From Gammaproteobacteria bacterium (GTDB taxonomy: Bacteria; Pseudomonadota; Gammaproteobacteria; Eutrophobiales; Eutrophobiaceae), in the NCBI GenBank assembly GCA_963422205.2, contig CAXMWX010000001.1:480001-544000 (forward strand): 64,000 nucleotides of DNA, written 5' to 3'. The translations under genes were made by a program, and so were the position numbers. Below the pieces are notes generated by a model. The model was not told the DNA's origin. It did not search any database and worked only from the letters and a program-made list of their open reading frames with translations. Below, one piece after another: positions 28,157-37,471 of this stretch; the stretch's first letter is position 1, and each line of letters begins with the position of its first letter.

Positions 28157-29030
28157 GATAATTGCGAATAAACACTTCCCGCCCTTTATGCCGCCCCCGT
28201 GTAAAGCCATCCTTTAACTGTAAGCCGTTGCGTTGGTCATCCGTTCTGTTAATGGTGTAATTCCAGGTGCGATTGTGGATTTCTGAAACCCATCGGTATT
28301 TTTCACGGATGGCTGCATGATCATCATAGGTCAACAAAAACAGAATACGGTGGGCGTTACGCTGCAAACACGCCGCCAGGCGGTCATGATCTTTCTCTGC
28401 AAAAGTCACGTTGTAAAATTTTTGTTGATCTGCATCATAATAAGGCGGGTCAACAAATGCGAAACAGCCATCCGGCAAGGCATCAATGATGTCTTCAAAA
28501 TCCAGTGCGGTGAGTTCCACCCCCTGCAATCGATCCGATACGGTACGCAAATGCGGCGGCCAGTTTTCAGGTCGCATTGAATATTTATGGCCATAGCCCC
28601 AGTAACAATTCTGGGGTCGCATAATGCCGGAATAAGAAGTGCGGTTTAGGTAGAACCAACGTAAAGCCCGCCCCAGCCCGCACTTGGGCTGGTAATGGTT
28701 TTTGTAGAAAGCATGGTTCTGCTTTGTGGCCGGGATGCCTTCAAGCATTGCAATTAAATCTTCAACCCTATCCCTAATCTGCCGAAGTGTATTGATTACG
28801 GCCTCATCTCGATCATTGAGCATTGATGATTGTGCTGACTGTTTGGCAAAGAACACACTTGCACCGCCACAAAAGGGTTCAGCATAGACAGCATGAGGGG
28901 GTATCTCGCCAAGGATCAAACTGCGGGCATAAAACTTACCGCCCGGATACCGGAAAGGTGAGTTTGAACGATTTGATCTCGGCAGTTGTTTCTGCACGAT
29001 GTTGTTTGCAATTATCTCCAAAGCACTCAT
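28149..29030 (-). CDS. N6-adenine DNA methyltransferase, Dam/D12 family
   Basis: SPFRYPGGK, YAEPFCGGASVF, FYLNRTSYSG, catalytic FVDPPYY. Confidence 0.92.
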   Translation of the reverse strand: MSALEIIANNIVQKQLPRSNRSNSPFRYPGGKFYARSLILGEIPPHAVYAEPFCGGASVFFAKQSAQSSMLNDRDEAVINTLRQIRDRVEDLIAMLEGIPATKQNHAFYKNHYQPKCGLGRALRWFYLNRTSYSGIMRPQNCYWGYGHKYSMRPENWPPHLRTVSDRLQGVELTALDFEDIIDALPDGCFAFVDPPYYDADQQKFYNVTFAEKDHDRLAACLQRNAHRILFLLTYDDHAAIREKYRWVSEIHNRTWNYTINRTDDQRNGLQLKDGFTRGRHKGREVFIRNYHV

Positions 29031-29155
29031 GGAAATTACGCTGTTAAATCCGTGTGCTTCACTTGCTCGATGAACTCCCCGACATAGCGACTCAGGTACT
29101 TCCCGGTCATGTGGTGGAAGGCAGCATGATGCCGGCGTCCGAAGCAGTCATTGCC

Positions 29156-30442
29156 TTAGTCCCAGTTCAAGGTCCCGCCGGTCTGATATTCGGTCACACG
29201 GGTTTCAAAGAAGTTCTTTTCTTTTTTCAGATCCATGACTTCACTCATCCAGGGGAAGGGATTGCTCGCCCCCGGATACTGTTCGGCCAAGCCAATCTGG
29301 GCACAGCGGCGGTTGGCGATGAACTGGAGGTAATCTGCAAACATATTGGCATTTAAACCCAGCACCCCTCGTGGCATGGTGTCATGGGCATAGCGGGTCT
29401 CCAGCACCACGGCTTCTCTGATGATGGTGATCATTTCCTGCTGAAATGCTGGCGTCCACAGATGGGGATTTTCGATTTTGATCTGATTGATGACATCAAT
29501 ACCAAAATTCATGTGCATGGACTCATCACGCAGAATGTACTGGAACTGTTCGGCACAGCCGGTCATTTTGTTTCTGCGTCCCATGGACAGCATCTGCACA
29601 AAGCCAACGTAGAAGAAGATGCCTTCAAAGACGATATAAAAAGCGATCAAGTCTCGCAGCAAGCGCTGATCCGCCTCGGGCGTACCGGTGTTAAAACCGG
29701 CATCCCCTAGGCTGTCGGTGAAGCGCATTGCCCAGGCCGCCTTGTCATGAATAGCAGGCACCTCACGGTACATGTTGAACACCTCGGCCTCATCCAGCCC
29801 TAAGGATTCAATACAATACTGATAGGCATGGGTGTGCAATGCTTCCTCAAAAGCCTGCCTCAGCAGGTACTGACGACACTCCGGATTGGTGATGTGCCGG
29901 TAGACCGCCAGCACCAGGTTGTTTGCCACCAGGGAATCGGCCGAGGCGAAAAACCCCAGGTTACGCTTGATGATCGTCCTCTCATCCTCACTCAGCCCAT
30001 CCGGGTTTTTCCACAGGGCAATGTCTGCTGTCATGTTGACTTCCTGCGGCATCCAGTGGTTGGCACAGGCATCCAGGTATTTCTGCCAGGCCCATTTGTA
30101 CTTGAAAGGCACGAGCTGATTCAGATCCGCCCGGCAGTTGATCATCTGCTTGTCATCAACGCTGATCCGGGCGGCGCCGAATTCGACGTTCTCCAGCCCG
30201 GTAACACCGGCATGATCGGCGCCTGGCTGCTCTGCCCGGGTGCTGGTCGGTGGCACGGGAGCAGGGGAAGGGGTGGCCGACGGTGCCACCGAATGATGCT
30301 CTGCCATGTTCGCCCGGGCCATGTTCCTCCTGGCCGTGTTGACCTGGGCCAGGGTCTGGTGGATGACTTCCGGGGCATCTGCAATCGGTGTTTTTTGCTG
30401 GCGTTTTAAGGTGGCGATGGGATCATCCCAATCAGCTAACAT
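29156..30442 (-). CDS. nrdB: Ribonucleotide reductase class Ia beta subunit
   Basis: Di-iron ligands ADSL, EEALH, FEGIFFY, DESMH; radical Tyr in HTHAY; C-terminal [13 protein letters not shown]. Confidence 0.95.
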   Translation of the reverse strand: MLADWDDPIATLKRQQKTPIADAPEVIHQTLAQVNTARRNMARANMAEHHSVAPSATPSPAPVPPTSTRAEQPGADHAGVTGLENVEFGAARISVDDKQMINCRADLNQLVPFKYKWAWQKYLDACANHWMPQEVNMTADIALWKNPDGLSEDERTIIKRNLGFFASADSLVANNLVLAVYRHITNPECRQYLLRQAFEEALHTHAYQYCIESLGLDEAEVFNMYREVPAIHDKAAWAMRFTDSLGDAGFNTGTPEADQRLLRDLIAFYIVFEGIFFYVGFVQMLSMGRRNKMTGCAEQFQYILRDESMHMNFGIDVINQIKIENPHLWTPAFQQEMITIIREAVVLETRYAHDTMPRGVLGLNANMFADYLQFIANRRCAQIGLAEQYPGASNPFPWMSEVMDLKKEKNFFETRVTEYQTGGTLNWD

Positions 30443-30522
30443 AGTCTCTCTCCTCCGGTTTTTATCCGGTGTTGTTGTTGCTTGTTTCTCTGTGCGGCTT
30501 GGTATTATTTTGCTGGTTTATT

Positions 30523-33459
30523 TCACTGGCAGGCATCGCAGTCAGAGGCGTTGATGGTGCATTGCCCCAGCGTGGATTGCATTGACTCGCCTGCCGTATT
30601 GCGTGCTACGGCGGCCAGCTTATTGCCCCGGGCATCATCGCTCAGGGTGCTTTTCTCTACGTGGGTGGCCCCCATGCTGCGTAGGTAATACGTGGTCTTC
30701 AGGCCACGTATCCAGGCGAGTTTGTACAGCGTGTCCATTTTTCTCCCATCCGGTGCGGCCATGTACAGGTTTAATGACTGTGCCTGATCGATCCACTTCT
30801 GCCGCCGTGAGCCGGCCTCAACCAGCCAGCGCGGATCGATCTCAAACGCTGTGGCATAGAGGGATTTCAGATCCTCCGGGATACGATCGATCTCCTGTGC
30901 GCTGCCATCAAAATATTTCAGATCGCTGACCATGACCTCATCCCAGAGCCCGCGTGCCTTTAAATCCTGCACCAGATACGGGTTCACCACGGTAAACTCG
31001 CCGGACAAGTTGGATTTGACGAACAGGTTTTGGTAGGTCGGCTCAATGGACTGGCTGACACCACAAATATTGGAGATGGTCGCTGTCGGGGCAATCGCCA
31101 TACAGTTCGAGTTACGCATCCCCGCTTTCTGCACCCGGCGGCGCAATGCGTCCCAATCCAGGCGCTGGCTGGTGTCCACATCCAGATAACCACAACGGCT
31201 CTTCGCCAGCAGTTGCAACGAATCAACCGGCAGTATCCCCTGGCTCCAGAGTGAGCCTTCAAAGCTGGAATATGGCCCGCGCTCCTCGGCCAACCTGGTC
31301 GATGCGCTGATGGCATAGTAACTGATGACCTCCATGCTGTGATCGGCAAACCTGACTGCCTCCTCCGAGGCATAGGCGATACGCAGCTTGTACAGCGCAT
31401 CCTGAAAACCCATGATCCCTAAGCCCACGGGGCGATGCTTGAGGTTGGAACGGCGCGCCTGTGGTACGCTGTAGTAGTTGTAATCAATGACGTTATCGAG
31501 CATACGCATGGCCGTGCTGATGGTCTGCTCCAGCCTGGCCTCATTCAGGCCGTCCTCATCCACATGCTGTGCCAGGTTGATCGAGCCGAGGTTACACACG
31601 GCAATCTCATCATCGGAGGTGTTCAAGGTGATCTCCGTGCACAGGTTGGACGAATGCACCACGCCAGCATGTTGCTGTGGCGAGCGCAGGTTGCACGGGT
31701 CCTTAAAAGTGAACCACGGATGACCGGTTTCATACAGCATGGATAACATGCGCCGCCACAGGTCGGTCGCCCGGACGGTTTTGAAATTGCGAATCTTGCC
31801 CTCTGCCGCCAGATGCTCATACTCCACATATCGCCGGTCGAACGCAAGGCCGTACAACTCGTGCAGATCAGGCACCTCATCCGGTGAGAACAGCGTCCAG
31901 TTATCCTCTTCGGCCACCCGCCGCATGAACATATCCGGAATCCAGTTGGCGGTATTCATGTCATGGGTACGGCGGCGATCATCGCCCGTGTTTTTACGTA
32001 ACTCCAGAAACTCTTCGATATCCAGGTGCCAGGTTTCCAGATAAGCGCACACCGCTCCCTTGCGTTTACCGCCCTGATTGACCGCAACAGCGGTGTCATT
32101 GGCGACTTTCAGAAACGGCACCACGCCCTGTGATTTCCCGTTGGTGCCCCTGATGTGCGCCCCCATGGATCTGACCCGGCTCCAGTCATTGCCCAGGCCA
32201 CCGGCGAACTTCGATAGCAAGGCATCGTCTTTGATCGCGCTGAATATGCCGTCCAGATCATCAGGCACCGTGCTGAGGTAACAGCTCGATAGCTGCGGCC
32301 TGCAAGTACCGGCATTAAACAGGGTGGGCGTTGAACTCATAAAATCAAACGAGGACAATAATTCATAGAAGGCGATCGCCCAGGTCTCCCGGTCGGTTTC
32401 ATTGATGGCCAGCCCCATGGCGACACGCATGAAGAATATCTGTGGTAATTCAAAGCGGATGCCATCATCGGTATGGATGAAGTACCGATCGTATAAGGTC
32501 TGTAAGCCGAGGTAGGTGAATTGCTCATCTCGCCTGGGCTGCAAGGCTGCTCCCAGGCGTTGCAGATCGTATTTCAGCAGCTCGCCATCGAGCAGCCCCA
32601 GGGCAACGGCCTTCTCCAGGTAGAGGGGCAGGCTCAAGGGGTATTGCCTGTCCATCTCGGCCTGGGTGGCGTTTGTCTCTTGATCGTTGAGAAAACTCAG
32701 CGCCTCATGGCGCAAGCCGTCCAGCAGCAGGCGCGCCGCGACATAGGTATAATCCGGTTCTTTTTCGATCAGGGTGCGGGCACTCATCACCAGCGCCGGG
32801 TTGACATCGGCCTCTTTGACGCCATCGAACAGATTACGCAAGGCATCATCAATAATCAGGTGGCCGGCAACAGAGGGCAGTTGATCGCAGGCCTCATGCA
32901 CGATGGCGATCAGGCGGTGCATATCCAGCGGTTTCAGGTGGCCATCTTTGGTCATCACGTTGATGACCCGGCCGGTGCCGCTCAACTCAAGCTCTTTTGC
33001 CAGGGTCTGTTTTTGGGCCTGTTTCTGTCGCTCCCGTGTGCGCTCCTCCCGGTAGATGACATAGGCGCGGGCAATTTTCTGCTCGCCAGCACGCATCAGG
33101 GCGAGTTCCACTTGATCCTGGATGTCCTCTATGTGGACAGTGCCGCCACTCGGCATACGGCGGGTGACGGCCTGGATAGTCTGTTCGGTGAGTTCGGCGA
33201 CTTTTTCATGTACCCGTCTGGAGGCCGCCGCGGTGCTGCCCTCAACCTCCAAAAACGCCTTGGTCACGGCCACGCTGATCTTGCTGCCATCAAAGGTGGT
33301 CACCTTGCCATTGCGGCGAATCACCCGGTACTCGCCTGGTTGATGCACCATCAATTCGCTGGCCGGTTTCTCCGGCACAGCTTGTGCGTTCTCAACAACA
33401 CATACATCGTCAGAATGCGTCTCTACGACAGACTCAACAACTGCTTTTTCACGCTGCAT
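30523..33459 (-). CDS. nrdA: Ribonucleotide reductase class Ia alpha subunit with two ATP cones
   Basis: VIRRNG and VMTKDG ATP cones, STPTLFNAG, QLSSCYL, NQGGKRKGA, SSNLCTEI, AVCNLGS, AIAPTATIS, LKTTYYLRS, C-terminal CDACQ. Confidence 0.96.
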   Translation of the reverse strand: MQREKAVVESVVETHSDDVCVVENAQAVPEKPASELMVHQPGEYRVIRRNGKVTTFDGSKISVAVTKAFLEVEGSTAAASRRVHEKVAELTEQTIQAVTRRMPSGGTVHIEDIQDQVELALMRAGEQKIARAYVIYREERTRERQKQAQKQTLAKELELSGTGRVINVMTKDGHLKPLDMHRLIAIVHEACDQLPSVAGHLIIDDALRNLFDGVKEADVNPALVMSARTLIEKEPDYTYVAARLLLDGLRHEALSFLNDQETNATQAEMDRQYPLSLPLYLEKAVALGLLDGELLKYDLQRLGAALQPRRDEQFTYLGLQTLYDRYFIHTDDGIRFELPQIFFMRVAMGLAINETDRETWAIAFYELLSSFDFMSSTPTLFNAGTCRPQLSSCYLSTVPDDLDGIFSAIKDDALLSKFAGGLGNDWSRVRSMGAHIRGTNGKSQGVVPFLKVANDTAVAVNQGGKRKGAVCAYLETWHLDIEEFLELRKNTGDDRRRTHDMNTANWIPDMFMRRVAEEDNWTLFSPDEVPDLHELYGLAFDRRYVEYEHLAAEGKIRNFKTVRATDLWRRMLSMLYETGHPWFTFKDPCNLRSPQQHAGVVHSSNLCTEITLNTSDDEIAVCNLGSINLAQHVDEDGLNEARLEQTISTAMRMLDNVIDYNYYSVPQARRSNLKHRPVGLGIMGFQDALYKLRIAYASEEAVRFADHSMEVISYYAISASTRLAEERGPYSSFEGSLWSQGILPVDSLQLLAKSRCGYLDVDTSQRLDWDALRRRVQKAGMRNSNCMAIAPTATISNICGVSQSIEPTYQNLFVKSNLSGEFTVVNPYLVQDLKARGLWDEVMVSDLKYFDGSAQEIDRIPEDLKSLYATAFEIDPRWLVEAGSRRQKWIDQAQSLNLYMAAPDGRKMDTLYKLAWIRGLKTTYYLRSMGATHVEKSTLSDDARGNKLAAVARNTAGESMQSTLGQCTINASDCDACQ

Positions 33460-33599
33460 GAACCCCTCCTGTGGCCGTTTTTTCTCTTGCAGTTTGTCCT
33501 CTTGCCCCCAAGCGGTTTATGCCCATGCCGCCATGCGAGAACGGCAGGGTAAAACCTTAATAAACGGGATGAGGTTTGTTAGCTAAGACGTTTATAACA

Positions 33600-33647
33600 C
33601 CACTACAAAATGTGGTCAAGCACTATTTAAGCTACTATATCTTGTGG
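33600..33647 (-). promoter_or_regulatory. Tandem NrdR boxes upstream of nrdA
   Basis: ccactacaaaatgtgg (33600-33615) and ctactatatcttgtgg (33632-33647) resemble the consensus acaCwAtATaTwGtg; they are 32 bp apart. Confidence 0.8.
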
Positions 33648-34001
33648 ACTGAAGGGTGATTTCCGGTTGGGTTTCCTGTGGATATCCTGCGGAAAAACCG
33701 GTACAGGCGAGCTGTTGCAAGGCATCAATTACCTGTATTTGAGCAGTTATACGGGCTGATATTTAAGGGCAAAAGCGGGCGGGCTGTGCAAGGTACTTTA
33801 ACATCTGCCATCGTATCCGTCTTCGAGTCTCAGGCCATCTGGCCGCGGCGGCCACAGAGCACCTGATGCTGTTTTTGCACTTGTATTTTTTCGATCATTT
33901 TTATCGGGTAGCGGGGCGGATGTTTGTTACTATTTTAATGCGGTTGGAAGCGGGCTGCCAAAGGCAGCGAAAATACCAGGCAACATGACGAGGAGCGTAC
34001 C

Positions 34002-35753
34002 ATGTCGATAGAGATCAGACTGCCGAATATCGGTGATTTTACCGAAGTAGCGATCGTTGACTTACACGTTAAGGCAGGGGACAGGCTACAGCGTGATGCG
34101 CCGATAGTGACCCTGGAGAGCGACAAGGCCAGCATGGAGATCCCGGCAGAACAGGCCGGTACGATCCGCCGGGTGCTGGTGGCGGTGGGCGATACAGTCT
34201 CGGCAGGGGCGCTGTTGCTGGAGTTGGAAGAGGCACCCGATGCACCGGGTACGGATCAGCCGGCAACCGATGAACCCGTCGCTGATCAACTGGCGAGAGA
34301 GGCGCCGAGACAGAGCAAGGGGGATGTTGCCAGCGATATGTACGCCGAAGTCGTGGTGCTGGGGTCTGGTCCGGGTGGGTACACGGCGGCCTTCCGGGCG
34401 GCTGATCTGGGCAAGAAAACCGTATTGATAGAGCGCTATCCCTCATTGGGCGGGGTCTGCCTGAATGTCGGCTGCATCCCGTCCAAGGCGCTGCTGCATG
34501 CGGCCAGGGTCATCAGCGAAAGCCGGGAAGCGGCGGCGTTTGGGATTGAGTTCGGCGCACCTGTCATCGACAAAGACAGGCTCAGGCAATGGAAAGACAA
34601 GGTTCTGCGGCAGCTGACCGGTGGTTTGACCGGCCTTGCACGGCAGCGGGGCGTGACCGTTATCCAGGGCACGGGCAGTTTCAGCGCCAGTCACCAGCTA
34701 CGCGTTGAGACCCCGGTGGGCGTTAAAACCATCGGCTTTGAGCAGGCGATCATCGCCGCTGGCTCACAGACGGCCATGCTGCCCGGCCTGCCTGATGACC
34801 CTCGCATCATGGACTCGACCTCGGCGCTGGCATTGCAAGACATCCCGGAGCGGCTGCTGGTCATCGGCGGCGGCATTATCGGGCTGGAAATGGCCACGGT
34901 GTACCATGAGCTAGGCAGCCAGGTGACGGTGGTGGAGATGCTGGACCGATTGCTCGCCGGGGCCGATGCCGATATCGTTAAGCCATTGCACAAGCGAATA
35001 CAACAGCACTATGCACATATCTATCTCAGCACGGCGGTCACCGGGGTGGTGGCGGAGCAGCCGGGCCTGCGCGTTGCCTTCAAGGGCGATGCGGCGCCGG
35101 CGGAAGCGGTTTTTGATCGCATCCTGGTGGCGGTCGGGCGGCGGCCGAATGGTCATCAGATCAACGCCGAGGCGGCGGGCGTGACGGTGAATGAGTCCGG
35201 CTTTATTCCGGTCGATGAGCAACAACGCACCGATGTGCCCCATATCTTTGCCATCGGCGATGTAACAGGCCAGCCCATGCTGGCGCACAAGGCGGTGCAT
35301 GAGGGCCGGGTGGCGGCGGAAGTCGTTGCTGGGCTAAAGCGTGCGTTTGATGCGAGGGTCATCCCCTCCGTTGCCTATACTGATCCGGAAGTTGCCTGGG
35401 CCGGGCTGACCGAGGCCGAGGCGAAGGCACAGGGGATAAACTATGGCAAAGGCGTATTCCCCTGGGCGGCCAATGGCCGCTCCTTGAGCCAGGGCCGCCA
35501 TGAAGGGCTGACCAAGCTGCTGTTTGATGCAGCCACTGACCGCCTTATCGGTGCCGGCATTGTTGGCCCCAGTGCCGGCGATCTGATTGCTGAGGCTGCC
35601 CTGGCCATCGAGATGGGCTGTGATGCCAGTGATATCAGCCTGACCATCCATGCACACCCCACGCTGTCTGAAACGCTGGCCATGTCAGCCGAGATGTTTG
35701 AAGGGACAATCACGGATCTGTATGTACCGAAAAAACAATCGCCACGGAAATAG
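34002..35753 (+). CDS. lpdA: Dihydrolipoamide dehydrogenase with N-terminal lipoyl domain
   Basis: Lipoyl motif LESDKASMEIP; GSGPGGY, GGVCLNVGCIPSK, GGGIIGLE, PMLAHKA, HAHPTLSE. Confidence 0.95.
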   Translation: MSIEIRLPNIGDFTEVAIVDLHVKAGDRLQRDAPIVTLESDKASMEIPAEQAGTIRRVLVAVGDTVSAGALLLELEEAPDAPGTDQPATDEPVADQLAREAPRQSKGDVASDMYAEVVVLGSGPGGYTAAFRAADLGKKTVLIERYPSLGGVCLNVGCIPSKALLHAARVISESREAAAFGIEFGAPVIDKDRLRQWKDKVLRQLTGGLTGLARQRGVTVIQGTGSFSASHQLRVETPVGVKTIGFEQAIIAAGSQTAMLPGLPDDPRIMDSTSALALQDIPERLLVIGGGIIGLEMATVYHELGSQVTVVEMLDRLLAGADADIVKPLHKRIQQHYAHIYLSTAVTGVVAEQPGLRVAFKGDAAPAEAVFDRILVAVGRRPNGHQINAEAAGVTVNESGFIPVDEQQRTDVPHIFAIGDVTGQPMLAHKAVHEGRVAAEVVAGLKRAFDARVIPSVAYTDPEVAWAGLTEAEAKAQGINYGKGVFPWAANGRSLSQGRHEGLTKLLFDAATDRLIGAGIVGPSAGDLIAEAALAIEMGCDASDISLTIHAHPTLSETLAMSAEMFEGTITDLYVPKKQSPRK

Positions 35754-35886
35754 CCGCCGAGCCAGGCCCGCACCGCCCCTGATAAAGCGGCCGCAGGATG
35801 TGGCATGAGCGATGATGTGGGGGGTGTCCACTCATGCGGGCAGGGAAGCCGGATGGATAGATAGCCAGAGCGTGCAGCGTATCGCC

Positions 35887-36807
35887 TTATTTCTGTGTCA
35901 GCCTGTCATATCGCCGATCGAACACGAACCTGTCCGTTGCGCGTCTGACGGGCGGCTTTATCTTTGGTCGGCCTTTATGCAGCTTGCCCAGCGCATAGCC
36001 CTGGACCTGGGCGGCACGGGTGATGAGGGTATGTTTCATCAGCCAGCCGCCGAGCAGCACCAGCAGGCTGGCAACCAGGCCCAGGGGTTTCGTGTAGGCC
36101 GGGAACAGGGCGATGAATAACAGCAACAACAGCGGTATCAGATTAGCGCTGATCACATACGGGCGACTGATGTCCTCAAGCGCATTGATTGCCTTTATCG
36201 GTGCTTTGCCAGCGGCCAGTCTGTGCCGGTATTTGAACCAGTTGATCAGGCGCAGGATCGACAGCGAGATCAGGGCATAAAGTAGCCCGTTGTTTTCCTG
36301 GTCAGTGAAGATCAGCAGGATCAGCAACAGCGCGGCACCTTCCGCCAGGCCGGTCAAGACGATCAGCGGCACAACCATCGGCTCACGCCAGGCCACAATC
36401 CCCCGACTGGCACGCAGGATGAACCCCTGACAACACAAAAACACCAGGCCCAGGACGCCAGCAACGGCGATGGCGGCGGGCAGTTGCCAGATAAGGCCCG
36501 GTATGGCGATTGCAAACAGGACGACTGCCACGCTGGCCTCACGGGTCATCCAGGAGGTTTGCGGATGAAAAAATACGTGCAGGAAACGCCAGGGGCGGCC
36601 TATCTCCAGCCAGACGCACAGCAAACCGACACCGAGCAGCGCAAGCGCCAGCAGACCAGCGGGTCTGAGGGGCACCGCTTGCAACGAGGTGATGGCCAGC
36701 ATCAGCATCAGCGCCGCCCCACTGCCAGCGAACATGAAGTTAGCGGCAGCGCGCCCGTCCCATTGGCTTTGCTGGACGTTGCCGAAGCTGTTTGTGAACT
36801 TACTCAT
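35887..36807 (-). CDS. padD: DmsC-family membrane anchor, PadD-like
   Basis: Multiple hydrophobic helices; WDGRAAANF, EIGRPWRFLHVFFHPQTSWMTREA; third gene of a molybdoenzyme operon. Confidence 0.75.
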   Translation of the reverse strand: MSKFTNSFGNVQQSQWDGRAAANFMFAGSGAALMLMLAITSLQAVPLRPAGLLALALLGVGLLCVWLEIGRPWRFLHVFFHPQTSWMTREASVAVVLFAIAIPGLIWQLPAAIAVAGVLGLVFLCCQGFILRASRGIVAWREPMVVPLIVLTGLAEGAALLLILLIFTDQENNGLLYALISLSILRLINWFKYRHRLAAGKAPIKAINALEDISRPYVISANLIPLLLLLFIALFPAYTKPLGLVASLLVLLGGWLMKHTLITRAAQVQGYALGKLHKGRPKIKPPVRRATDRFVFDRRYDRLTQK

Positions 36808-37471
36808 TTACCTGCCCCTCGGGCGGCTCCTGATCCCAGAGATAATAAAACCCCGGCTCAGTGCCCAGCTCGGCGTGCATCTGAAACCAACTGTTCTCGG
36901 CCAGCAACTCAGAGACATTGCTGTTCTCATCTTCAATATCGCCAAAGCTCAAGGCATCGGCGATACAGGCATTCACACAGGCGGGCGTTGCCTCCGGGTC
37001 AATGCCGGGCGTTAAGCCCTGTTCCACGCCAGCATCCACCCGGTCAGAACAGAAGGTGCATTTTTGCGCCACGCCCAGGCGCCCCTCATCAAAGCGCCTG
37101 GCCTCGGCTTCGGTGGGTTCAGCACCGTAGGCGAATGCCGGTTTGTCTACCTTATAGCGTGCCTGGTACGGGCAGGCGACTGTGCAGTAGCTGCAACCAA
37201 TACACAGATCGTAATCAATGGTGACGATGCCATCCTCACGCTGGCCGGTGGCCGTGCTCGGACAGACGTGCATGCAGGGCGGATCAGCACAATGCTGGCA
37301 GCCGACCGGGATAAACAAGCGCTCTACATCCGGGTACTCGCCCCATTCCACATCCAGCACCTTGCGCCATTGCACACCGGGCGCCGTGGCATTGGTGTGT
37401 TTGCAGGCCGCCGTGCAGGTCTGACACCCCACACAGCGGTTCAGATCGGCAATCATGACATAGCGCGTCAT
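36800..37471 (-). CDS. padC: 4x[4Fe-4S] electron-transfer subunit, PadC-like
   Basis: MTRYVMIADLNRCVGCQTCTAACKHTNAT.PGVQWR, GCQHCADPPC, CIGCSYC, KCTFC, PACVNAC. Confidence 0.8.
   Translation of the reverse strand: MTRYVMIADLNRCVGCQTCTAACKHTNATAPGVQWRKVLDVEWGEYPDVERLFIPVGCQHCADPPCMHVCPSTATGQREDGIVTIDYDLCIGCSYCTVACPYQARYKVDKPAFAYGAEPTEAEARRFDEGRLGVAQKCTFCSDRVDAGVEQGLTPGIDPEATPACVNACIADALSFGDIEDENSNVSELLAENSWFQMHAELGTEPGFYYLWDQEPPEGQVNE

Noticed and set aside
30200-33459. Pro/Ala-rich N-terminal extension of NrdB and double ATP cone of NrdA
   Set aside because: Both are known features of this proteobacterial class Ia subgroup; no intein or intron was seen.
32521-33552. 343-aa plus-strand ORF
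   Set aside because: Antisense shadow of nrdA.
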